Shown here in pieces: positions 27,000 through 38,869 of a stretch of 64,000 bases of DNA. Numbering within the stretch: position 1 is the stretch's first letter; the number at the start of each line of letters is the position of its first letter. Origin of the DNA: Macrostomum lignano (lineage: Eukaryota). The stretch spans positions 62,001-126,000 of the forward strand of contig NIVC01001297.1 in NCBI GenBank assembly GCA_002269645.1. Direction: 5' to 3'. A program made the translations under genes and the position numbers. Under the pieces are notes generated by a model. That model was given only the letters and a program-made list of their open reading frames with translations. It did not search any database and had not been told where the DNA came from.

Positions 27000-28280
27000 G
27001 TGATAAACACAAAGCTTCACAAGCTCTAACATCATAAACAATAAGCTTCACAAACCCTAACATCATAAACACGAAGCTTCACAACCCATAAACATCATAA
27101 ACACGAAGCTTCACAACCCATAAACATCATAAACACGAAGCTTCACAAACCCTAACATCATAAACACGAAGCTTCACAACCCATAAACATCATAAACACG
27201 AAGCTTCACAACCCATTGCATCATAAACACGAAGCTTCACAAACCCTAAACATCATAAACACAAAGCTTCACAAACCCTAAACATCATAAACACAAAGCT
27301 TCACAAACCCTAAACATCATAAACACAAAGCTTCACAAACCCTAAACATCATAAACACAAAGCTTCACAAACCCTAAACATCATAAACACAAAGCTTCAC
27401 AACCCCTAAACATAATAAACAATAAGCTTCACAAACCCTAACATCATAAACACAAAGCTTCACAAACCCTAAACATCATAAACACAAAGCTTCACAAACC
27501 CTAAACATCATAAACACCAAGCTTCACAACCCCTAAACATCATAAACACAGAGCTGCACAAACCCTAAACATCATAAACACCAAGCTTCACAACCCATAA
27601 ACATCATAAACACGAAGCTTCACAAACCCTAAACATCATAAACACGAAGCTTCACAAACCCTAAACATCATAAACACCAAGCTTCACAACCCCTAAACAT
27701 CATAAACACGAAGCTTCACAAACCCTAAACATCATAAATACGAAGCTTCACAAACCCTAAACATCATAAACACCAAGCTTCACAACCCATAAACATCATA
27801 AACACGAAGCTTCACAAACCCTAAACATCATAAACACGAAGCTTCACAACCCCTAAACAACATAAACACAAAGCTTCACAAACCCTAAACATCATAAACA
27901 CCAAGCTTCACAAACCCTAAACATCATAAACACCAAGCTTCACAACCCCTAAACATCATAAACACGAAGCTTCACAAACCCTAAACATCATAAACACGAA
28001 GCTTCACAACCCCTAAACAACATAAACACAAAGCTTCACAAACCCTAAACATCATAAACACAAAGCTTCACAAACCCTAAACATCATAAACACAAAGCTT
28101 CACAAACCCTAAACATCATAAACACAAAGCTTCACAAACCCTAAACATTATAGCTCGTAAACACTATGCTTTACAACCCCTTAAACACAATAAAAAAAGC
28201 TCACAAACTCTGAACATCATAAACACTAAGGCTCACAAACTGAACATCATAAACACTAAGGCTCACAAACTGAACATCAT
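27000..28280. repeat. Minisatellite, 32-bp unit aaacacaaagcttcacaaaccctaaacatcat
   Basis: Head-to-tail tandem repeat with no spacers. Confidence 0.95.
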
Positions 28281-28813
28281 GAACAAAGCTGTGAACGGTT
28301 TTTTCGGAATTTATACGCGTCAGTGCCTACTGAAAGTAACAATTCAGGAATAAAGAATCCAAATTTTACGAATAAAATCGCATGAAAATGATAAAAAATT
28401 GCGGGAATTACATTTCGTATTGCCCTACTGACAGTAGAAGCACTGAGCGGCGGTGTATTTTTTTGCAATTAATAAAAATTCAGTTAGAAAAATGATTGAA
28501 TGCAATTAGTTTGACTGCCAATTAAGACAATAGAAAATAGCAGAGCAGACAAAGTCAATGCCAATTCTGGCCTAGGGAACAAAGAGACTAAGAATATAAA
28601 AACAACAACCAAAAAATGCTAAGCTTTCTTACAGAATCGGAGCGCGTGAATAATAAGCTAGTATAAAAATAAATATTTCAGCTGACGACATGCAGATACT
28701 TTAAGCTACGAATATTAGTACTTGCAGTAGACAGGTTAGAAATGAATAATAGAAGTATCCACAGGTACTAACATATATTAGACCAGGTAATTATTATGAT
28801 GATTTATAGCCAA

Positions 28814-31800
28814 TCAATCGCTAAGCTCGAACCGGGTTAGGCAGTCCATTAGCCAGTCTACAGATTTGTACAGTACGCCTTCGATTTCTGGCCGATTGGT
28901 AACCGGTCCAGCGGCTCCGCCTTTCTTCTTTGAGTTCTGCTGCTGCTGCTGCTGCTTGGCATCGAACAGGACGACAACAGCACAGGAGGCCAGCTGAGAG
29001 TCCTTAGCCGCGTGGTACGGCACTGTGAACACGAAATCCTGCAGGAAGCCCGGCTTGGGCTCGCGGGCAATCAGCTGTGCGCCAGCCAGAGTGAGCAGGC
29101 GGCTCAGCTCCTGCCTAGACGGATTGGCGCCCGGCCCAATGCTGGCGCTGTCCAGGTGGAAATGACAGCCATTGAGCAGCGGCGGCAGGCCCTGTAGTAG
29201 TTGAAAAGCGAGTTTTTCATTAACCTCCCAGAGTCACTTGCGTTGTCCCAGAGTCCTTTCAAGGTCGTTGCAGGCAACCCAGGTAAAATAGGTAAGAAGT
29301 GACTTTAAAGATGGACGGGAAACCTCCGTTTCTTGGAAAATTTAGGAGGCAGGCCCAATGTTCATTTTTTGATATGTTGTGCCTCTCTTATAACACTATT
29401 GATATTCATAAAGCTTCTCGTTCAGAAAGTTAGGATTCTATGTTAATTCTTATCCTACGTACATTCCCTGTACCTGAAAATCATAAAAATGCATGGCACA
29501 GCTCGACTCGTTGGTTTTATGAATCTATTTTACCATCTCTGTTACACATATTGTTACACAGTCAGCTAACAATGACAAAATAGATTCATACAATTAATGA
29601 GCTGTGCCATGTATTTTTATGATTTTCGACCGCTATCGAAAGCAATAAAATTTTTTGTGCTGAAAAAATGAAAACTTCCTGGCTCTGACTCTGACTTTGA
29701 AACGGCCCTGACTTTCTAATACGCACAAGGACAAACGGATTCGAACCCGCGACCTCTGACGCGTTAACCGCCGAGAGCAAATCCGCCCCGTTGCGTGCAC
29801 CTTGGCGCACTTCAAGCGACATTGTCACACAACCGGCGAGAGGCATTACTGGCCATTCCGCCGACTCCCCTGAGCAGGCACACACACAGGAGTGTACAGC
29901 GGCCCTAACTTTATTTATCGTTATGCATGCATGTTAGATTGGCCCTCAATTGCGTTAATTGCACGAGCAGAGCCAAGCCGACATTCCAATTCAGCCTCAA
30001 ATTAATGTGACTGCACTTGGAATCGAGCCTGGGCCGCTGGCACATCGATGGCAAACCCACAGAAAGTGCAGTGTACATAAAGGAGTCAAAAGCCAGCTCA
30101 CCTGCAGCCGGTTCAGCCTTGACCGCCTGGGCCCGCCCGTGTCCGGTAGGGTGCAGGTGCCGCCAACCTCGAACGGCTCCTCGGCAACCCGAGCCTTGGC
30201 GTTGGCGCACTGCTGCACCCATTCGAAGCTGACAATCCAACGGCCGAGGGCGGCGGCCTCAAGGAACTTCAGCGTGCGGGGGGCCGAGCCGCGCTCGTCA
30301 ACTGACGTCACCAGGTGGGTGACATCCGGGCCCACGTTCTGGCGGGGGCGGGGCGGGGGCCAGGGATTAGCCTGGATATGAACTGTGCCATCATAGATCA
30401 TACCAGAGATTAGTGGGGTACCGAAATCTACCCCACTAATTAGAGTGCTTAGAGTGAGAGACACAGAAATCTCACCCATGAGAGTGGAGACTCAATTCTA
30501 GAGATTCTCAAGACCTATTTTTCAGTAATAAATGAGTTAAATAAAGTTATTCAACTAAAATTTTCGCACCTGAACGCAGGTGCCGCCAATCATAGCAGCC
30601 AGCTGGGCAGTCAGCTTCCTATCCTTCAACGACAGTCCTGTGCTGACTAACTGGGGCGGACGGGCAGCAGCTGAAGCAGCGGCCGCGGCAGCGGCGGATT
30701 CGACAGACGATGACGCAGTGGACTGAGTGGTCACAGGCAGGCCATCCCGCGGCTTCGTGTTATCGATGATCCGGCGCATGGCCTGGCCTCGGCACAGCTG
30801 CCTGTAAGGATTAAGGATTAATTAGTATATGGATTAGGGTTTGGAAGAAAGTAGACAGATATTACAGAGCCCACAAATCACCTACAGGTATTATAAAACC
30901 CACGAATCCCCTACAGGTATATTACAGAATTCACAAACCACTCACAGATATGACAGAATTCACAAACCACCCACAGACATTACAGAACTCAAAAACGACT
31001 CAAAAATATTACAGAATTCACAAACCACTCACAGATATTACAGAATTCACAAACCACTCACAGATATTACAGAATTCACAAACCACTCACAGATATTACA
31101 GAATTCACAAACCACCCAGACATTACAGAACTCAAAAACGACTCAAAGATATTACAGAATTCACAAACCACTCACAGATATTACAGAATTCACAAACCAC
31201 TCACAGATATTACAGAATTCACAAACCACTCACAGATATTACAGAATTCACAAACCACCCAGACATTACAGAACTCAAAAACGACTCAAATATATTACAG
31301 AGTTCACAACCCCCCAGATATTAGACACAAAACTTAGAGCTTACCTGGGCGCCCGACCCGCTAGATTAAGCTGATCCGGGTCGGCACCGAACTCCAGCAG
31401 CAGACGGGCCACCTCCAGCTGGTCGGATTCCACGGCATCGTGCAGCGGAGTGTCGTTATCGCCTCCTGGCATGTTGGCATTGGCGCCGCTCTCCAGCAGC
31501 AGGCGGGCCAGGGCCACGTGACCGCGGGTCACGCATTCGTGCAGCGGAGTCCAGCCGGCATTGTCCTTGCTGTTGGGATCGGCGCCTTCAGTCAGCAGCT
31601 GGGTAGCCTTGGCAAGGTCGCCTCGGATGCAGGCCAGCTGCGAGATGAGTAACCAATAATAATACAGGTATTAGTAAGGCCATAATAATACAGGAACCAT
31701 CGAGTAAGCCATAATAATACAGGCATCAAAGTCACACAGGCGCCAATCACACTGAAATCAGCAGATTAACAGTAGAACTACCAAGAGGGGGGGATCCCCC

Positions 31801-34800
31801 CCTGACAATTTCTTTTGCTGCGCCGGAACGGAGCAACGCAGGCACACGAAATTCAAGAACACTGGCTAACTTTTTGTTGCGCACCTTCTCAAACAAGAAT
31901 CAAGTCGCCAGCTGTCCGAACCATCAAGATATTCGAAAACTCTGCCAGAAGGTCGGATTTTTCCCATAAGCGCCAGTGTATTCAGTACAACCCATGTGCG
32001 CCAATTAACACTGCGCCTCAGTGCAGCCTTGCCAAGTCTCCAAATTTCATCAGCACGTCAATCATATGTCTGCATCAGCTCTGACTTTGTTGGTCACTGG
32101 TTTTTACCCAGGCGGAGCTTCTGGGCCCTCAACAGGTGGCACCAGGGGAGTAAGGAAACCTGACATATTTGCAACAGGATTTCCATAGTCACCTGGTGTA
32201 ATCTGTTGAGGGTGCCGACGGCGTCCGGGTGATGGCTGAATGCTTGACTGACTAGCTGAGGATGTCCAGCAGCTGAGGTTTGCCCACTGTCGAGGCTTGA
32301 TCGGCGAAACTAGAGAAATCCGCATCAGGGTGTCCATAGTCACCTGGTACCACCTGTTGAGGGCCCAGAAGCTCCACCTGGGTGAAGGCTAGTGACCAAC
32401 GAAGTCAGAGCTGATGCAGACACTGAGGAGATTTTGCAACGCTGCACTGAGGCGCAGTGCTGATTGGCGCACAGGGGTTGTACTGAATACACTGGCGCTT
32501 ATGGGAAAAATCCGACCTTCTGGCAGAGTTTTCGAATATCTTGATGGTTCGGACAGCTGGCGACTTGATTCTTGTTTGAGAAGGTGCGCAACAAAAAGTT
32601 AGCCGGTGTTCTTGAATTTCGTGTGCCTGCATTGCTCCGTTCCGGCGCAGCAAAAAAATTGTCAGGGGGCGGGGGGAATTCCCGCCCTCTTGGTAGTTCG
32701 ACGGGCGGAAAAATGGCTTGGCATTCCTACTGTTAACAAACAGCAATCTAACCTGCAACAGAGTCTCCCCTTTGCGATTCCGTTTATCAATATTGCCGAT
32801 GCTCCGTTGAGAATAATTCAGTCCGGGACTCTGCGATATGCGCGCCTCCTTGGCCAACCGTCTGCCGGTGCGGGGCGCGGTGGCTGCAGTTGGCGCATTG
32901 GCCGGCGCGCGCTCTTGCAGTGGCGTCACGGGCGGACTGCAGCTGGATTTCAGAGCGGACTTTCTTTCCCCAGTTTGAGACTGGGCTGCTGCCGGCTTTT
33001 TCTGCTCTTTGCGATTGCTTCCGCCTGCGGCTTTCTTCTGCAATGGTGGCGGTAGGGGTTGAAAGAGCGCTGGTTCTTTTGTGTCATCTAGGCATGCCAT
33101 GACATGTCGAAATTAAAAATGGCATAACAATTTTCTGCCATTATGCCATCGCAAAATTGCCAATGCTGAATCCCCAATTCCAAATATCGGTTTTGCTTTT
33201 AAATTTGTTCAAATATTACCTTGTTTGTCGTGACAGTTGCATGATTTAAAATTTGCACTTTACGATCAACGGCAAGTTGCATTTCATTATTTTACATTTT
33301 ATGTCAATGGCAAGTTAAAACTGAAAATGGCGCAACGATTTTGACGAAAAAAAACCAGGAAAGGGGAAATGCTTATTGAAGAGTGGGTTGGAGGGGATTC
33401 TAATGGAGGGTTTATGGGGATTCTAATGACGGGTTTATGGGGATTCTAATGACGGGTTTATGGGGATTCTAATGACGGGTTTAAGGGGATTCTAATGGTG
33501 GGTTTAAGGGGATTCTAATGACGGGTTCATGGGGATTCTAATGACGGGTTTAAGGGGATTCTAATGACAGTTTTATGGGGATTCTAATGACGGGTTTAAG
33601 GGGATTCTAATGACGGGTTTAAGGGGATTCTAATGACGGATTTATGGGGATTCTAATGACGGGTTTAAGGGGATTCTAATGGTGGGCTTAAGGGGATTCT
33701 AATGACGGGTTTATGGGGATTCTAATGACGGGTTTATGGGGATTCTAATAGAGGGTTTAAGGGGATTCTAATGACGGGTTTATGGGGATTCTAATGACGG
33801 GTTTAAGGGGATTCTAATCACGGGTTTATGGGGATTCTAATGACGGGTGTTACGGGATTCTAATGACGGGTTTATGGGGATTCTAATGGTGGGTTTAAGA
33901 GGATTCTAATGACGGGTTTAAGGGGATTCTAATGACGGGTTTAAGGGGATTCTAATGGTGGGTTTAAGAGGATTCTAATGACGGGTTTAAGGGGATTCTA
34001 ATGACGGGTGTATGGGGATTCTAATGGTGGGTTTAAGAGGATTCTAATGACGGGTTTAAGGGGATTCTAATGACGGGTGTATGGGATTCTAATGACGGGT
34101 TTAAGGGGATTCTAATGACGGGTTTAAGGGGATTCTAATGACGGGTTTAAGGGGATTCTAATGACGGGTTTAAGGGGATTCTAATGACGGGTGTATGGGA
34201 TTCTAATGACGGGTGTATGGGATTCTAATGACGGGTGTATGGGGATTCTAATGACGGGTTTAAGGGGATTCTAATGACGGGTTTAAGGGGATTCTAATGA
34301 CGGGTGTATGGGGATTCTAATGACGGGTGTATGGGATTCTAATGACGGGTGTATGGGGATTCTAATGACGGGTTTAAGGGGATTCTAATGACGGGTGTAT
34401 GGGGATTCTAATGACGGGTGTATGGGATTCTAATGACGGGTGTATGGGGATTCTAATGACGGGTTTAAGGGGATTCTAATGACGGGTTTAAGGGGATTCT
34501 AATGACGGGTGTATGGTATTCTAATGACGGGTGTATGGGGATTCTAATGACGGGTTTAAGGGGATTCTAATGACGGGTGTATGGGGATTCTAATGACGGG
34601 TGTATGGGATTCTAATGACGGGTGTATGGGGATTCTAATGACGGGTTTAAGGGGATTCTAATGACGGGTTTAAGGGGATTCTAATGACGGGTTTAAGGGG
34701 ATTCTAATGACGGGTTTAAGGGGATTCTAATGACGGGTTTAAGGGGATTCTAATGACGGGTTTAAGGGGATTCTAATGACGGGTTTAAGGGGATTCTAAT

Positions 34801-35899
34801 GACGGGTTTAAGGGGATTCTAATGACGGGTGTATGGTATTCTAATGACGGGTGTATGGGGATTCTAATGACGGGTTTAAGGGGATTCTAATGACGGGTGT
34901 ATGGGGATTCTAATGACGGGTTTAAGGGGATTCTAATGACGGGTGTATGGGATTCTAATGACGGGTGTATGGGATTCTAATGACGGGTGTATGGGATTCT
35001 AATGACGGGTGTATGGGGATTCTAATGACGGGTTTAAGGGGATTCTAATGACGGGTTTAAGGGGATTCTAATGACGGGTGTATGGGATTCTAATGACGGG
35101 TGTATGGGATTATAATGACGGGTGTATGGGATTCTAATGACGGGTTTATGGGGATTCTAATGACGGGTGTATGGGGATTCTAATGAAGGGTTAAATGGAA
35201 TTCTAATGACGGGTTGGAGGGTATTCTAATGGCTGAGCTTCAAAGCCGTCAGTATAGGGCAAAGAATACACTTACAATGCTAGACGTGGTTTTCTTGTCC
35301 TCTCGCTGCTGCTCCGGCGTGGCAGGCGGTGTAACAGCAGCAACAGAAATCCTACCAGACTGCCGCTTCTTCTGCTTGCTAATCTTTACCGGCGGTGTAG
35401 CCGCCGCCTCAGCCGACTCCTGTTCTTCCTCCTTTGTTGTTTCCTCGGCAGTGCAAGCCTCGTCATTACCCGCATCGTCTCGCTTGGCCGCCGCTCCGCG
35501 TTTCCTACTAGCAGGGCCAGACAGTTTCTGCAGCTGGGGTATCAGGCTGCGCATTTGTTCGATAGACGAGTGGACTAGCTGGTCTTCTGCACCTTCATCT
35601 AGCCGACCGGCCAGACTCCAGACTAGTGACAGAACTTCAGTAAGGGTGTCGGAACTCTGTATAGACTTTGAGCCGCCCCTGACTAAACTTTTGCACTCTG
35701 GACAGTGGAATGCGCCGTTTGGTCGCTTGCTAGACAGACAGGTTGTACAGATTGAGTGGCCGCAGGGCAGCACCTGGGTGGCGGGGCTGTCTGCGGTGCA
35801 ACAGTCGCTGCCTGAGCAGCAGGATGTGGCCTGGATTACCGAGCTCAGCGTCTTGCGCAAGTTCCACCATTCAGACAGTGACATTGCTATTGGTGGCAT
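28814..35899 (-). CDS. BARD1: BRCA1-associated RING domain protein 1 (RING - ankyrin - tandem BRCT), six exons
   Basis: Exons (minus strand): ~35899-35356 (or to 35276), 33087-32753, 31637-31345, 30801-30570, 30338-30102, 29191-28814. Exons 2-6 join in phase at GT-AG sites. RING ...CGHSICTTC...CPEC. Ankyrins KRNRKGETLLQ|LACIRGD...AGWTPLHE...DTPLHDAV. BRCT RTLKFLEAAALGRWIVSFEWV...GPRRSRLNRLQ|GLPPLLNGCHF...WLMDCLTRFEL. The start codon and exon 1 donor are uncertain. Confidence 0.9.
29695..30045 (-). mobile_element. SINE-like repeat in the last BARD1 intron (same family as 51957-52277)
   Basis: About 270 bp aligns by eye, inverted, to 51957-52255. B-box-like GGCTCGATTCC, plus a second GGTTCGAATCC unit near 29735-29745. 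Confidence 0.75.
30850..31325. repeat. Minisatellite, 29-bp unit cacaaaccactcacagatattacagaatt (BARD1 intron 3)
   Basis: Tandem repeat filling the intron. Confidence 0.92.
31775..32699. mobile_element. Foldback / long-TIR non-autonomous element in BARD1 intron 2
   Basis: Arm 31775-~32145 is the near-identical reverse complement of ~32342-32699 (gaactaccaagaggg ... ccctcttggtagttc), with a ~200-bp spacer. No TSD recognised. Confidence 0.8.
33395..35225. repeat. Minisatellite, 22/23-bp unit ggggattctaatgacgggtttaa (BARD1 intron 1)
   Basis: Tandem repeat filling most of the intron. Confidence 0.97.
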
Positions 35900-36211
35900 A
35901 AAGATCAATTGAAATTAATGGATTTATTCTGTATAGAATTTTTATACAATACTATAGGTGAGTGTATTTTAGCTATCCGCGCTCATATAACTAAATCCAC
36001 AGATAGACAGCCAGGCGCGTCGCCACTAGGGGGGGGGGGGACAGGGCGGACATGTCCCCCCAGTAAAAGCTCTGGGGGACATGCCAATGCTTTGTCTTCC
36101 CCACCCCACCTTGTGACTCGTGGTAATCAATAATTTTTCTTCAGGGCGCCAAAATATAGCGCCTTTGGCGCCAAAATGAGTGCCTGCGGCGCTAAAAGGA
36201 ATGCCTACGGC

Positions 36212-36383
36212 CATACATGCGCAACCTTGGGAATCACCCGGCCGTTTCTATTGGCAAAACATACATGTAAGTCGCTATTGGCTGAGAGCAGTCACGTGAC
36301 TACCATTCCGTCCAATAGCGACTTACATGTGTGTGTTGCCAATAGAAACAGCCGGATGAATCCCAAAGTTGCGCCCAAGCATG
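36212..36383. mobile_element. Palindromic hAT-type MITE inserted in a 21-bp minisatellite (ggcgccaaaatgagtgcctgc)
   Basis: 8-bp direct repeat cctacggc at 36204-36211 and 36384-36391. The left end catacatgcgcaac is identical to the TIR of the element at 38566. Internal inverted arms are ~60-70 bp. Confidence 0.75.
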
Positions 36384-37198
36384 CCTACGGCGCCAAAATG
36401 AGTGCCTGCGGCGCTAAAATGAGTGCCTGTGGCGCCAAAATGAGTGCCTGCGGCGCTAAACTGAGTACCTGCGGCGACAAAATGAGCACTGACAACACGA
36501 TTCTCAAAAAAATGGAAATGTAGGAATTTAGTCATGAACATGTTGAATTCTTGGCTTTGTCCCCCGACCATAAAATCAATGGCGACGTCCCTGTAGTCAG
36601 TTAGACAGGGTTGCGCAACTCGTCCAACACTTCTATGTTAACGTTCATAGAAGTGGCATAAAAATACAGAATTTATGGCATTTAATTTTTAGCTGTCAAA
36701 ATAGCAAATAATACTTTGTACTTTTTATCTCTTGATATATTCTGCTCTCAATCAAATCTCAGCTTTCATTTTATGCTTATGGTCTAATTTTGCTTTTGTA
36801 ATTATTCAAATTATATTTAGACTTCAATTCAAGGATAGAACATGGTTCCATCCAAGATTAAAGTATCTCTTTTGTCATTAGTTAAAAAAGTTGACTATAT
36901 CATTTTTCAATATACTCATTGTTTATACTGTCTATTTACATTTTTGTATACTAGAGTTTTTTCCCATCAAGGCCATGGATAAATGGTATCACAGATTGCT
37001 TATCTGAAAAATGCCTGTGGTCCCTACCCACCCCAATATTGGGATAGTCTCTATTTCAATTAGATTGGCTATGTGCATTTATTAATATTTACCCTGAATC
37101 AACTATATTGGTATTAGCTTGAATGCTAAAGGACTATAAAAAATCTTGCCTTGAGAGTTTGGATTTTGTTTTCTTTCATTTTTGGACTTCAGGGACAT

Positions 37199-37199
37199 T

Positions 37200-37270
<71 letters not shown>
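37199..37270. repeat. Compound (CA)n(CT)n microsatellite
   Basis: Read directly. Confidence 0.95.
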
Positions 37271-37273
<3 letters not shown>

Positions 37274-38565
37274 ACTCTCCCTAACAGCATAACTTAGTAT
37301 GAAAAGGTAAGCAACCCAATGCTGCTAAGATGTTGTAATTTTAACAATTTCTTGTGTGCCACTGAACTTAGCTAAAAGAGTAGAGTAGTACAAAGCTTTT
37401 GAAAGCTATAGAAAACATTTTATTTGCTGAGTGGGTTTGTCTTGGCTGCCTTTCTAGGCAGAGTATAATATTCATCTTTAATATCAAGAGTGACAAATAT
37501 GAGGACATATTTTTAACTCAGTATTAAAAAATCTTGAGATATCACTCACAAGTTCATTTTTTCACTAAGCCTCAATGACCAATGTCTCTTTTTGTCTTGT
37601 TATTGTTATATAAAAATGATTTGTTAGTTTGCTGGCTTAAAAACTTTTTTCATGCTTTGGTCCTTAAGATAGCAGTCACTACTTTCATAAAAATGTTAAT
37701 AGTCTAATTAAAAGCCTATAATCTAAACAAGTTTAAAACAAGTATTGCCATTGAATAAAGACTAGTTTAAACATATTGTACATATAATAATAGACATTTA
37801 ATGTTCTAAAGAAATTGGTAATAATATAAAAAAAAAATAGAAAAAAATATGAATCATTTTAATTTCATTTAAGCTAAAAAGCAATAGGTTTTCCATATGC
37901 ATAGATACAATTTTTTATTTGTTTACAAATTTATTAATTAGTAAAGGATGGACAAGCAGAAATTTTGGTCAGCATGAATTTTTTGAAATTTTCAAAGTCA
38001 GGTATGATTGTGATTGTGAATATGAATTTATATTAATATTAATAGTTATACAATACAAGTACAAGTTATAGGCCTACTCCTGCCAAATTCATGTTAAAAT
38101 GAACACTGTGTTATAACCACAACTTGTATATAATTTTATTTCTAAATTTAGACTTTACAATACATTTTAAAAACAATCTTTTCATTCTCTTTCATTTACT
38201 ATGACAATATGTATTATAAGCTTATAAGTTACAAGTATAGAAAATAACAAAACAAGAAAAGAAACCAATATATATTAGATAATAGATACTCAGTAATGCT
38301 GTCAAGTCAACAAATATAAAATATACTATTGCTTTACTCATTTGTGTTCACATTTTTATTTCAGTAAATCAAATAGAAAAGTTATAATTTAAAAAAAATA
38401 AGCAGAAATCCATGACCTCATAAATACATTTCAAAGAAATCACAATTATGAAAAAATGGCTATAAATTCATAAAATAATATCACAATTATGATCACATCC
38501 AACCCCTATTAATTTGTTTAGTTTGTTTACTGAAACTAATATTAAAAATTATAAAGCTATATAAC

Positions 38566-38869
38566 CATACATGCGCAACAGTCGGCCGAGTCGGCCGATC
38601 TGGCCGACCGCCGACCAATTTGGCAGCCAACCAAGGAAGTCGCAAAAATGCCCACCCAAAAAAACACAAAGTAGTAGTACTAAGTAGCTGACGAAGCATT
38701 TTGGCCTTATAAGACAGTCATAGTTACTCCTGCCGTTTACCCAAAATTGCATAAATTTTGCTTTCGGGTTTTTTTACATGTAAGTCGCATTTTTGGCCAA
38801 AAACTACGTCGCATTTTTGTTAAAACTAAGTCGCACGGCCGACCAAATTTTGGAGGTTGCGCATGTATG
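38566..38869. mobile_element. hAT-type MITE (304 bp)
   Basis: Perfect 14-bp TIR catacatgcgcaac / gttgcgcatgtatg; 8-bp TSD tatataac at 38558-38565 and 38870-38877. Confidence 0.9.

Noticed and set aside
32405-32752. C-terminal third of ORF 32405-33100 and ORF 31815-32084 as a duplicated protein segment
   Set aside because: Both are read-through into the two arms of the intronic foldback element; BARD1 exon 2 ends at the 32752 donor.
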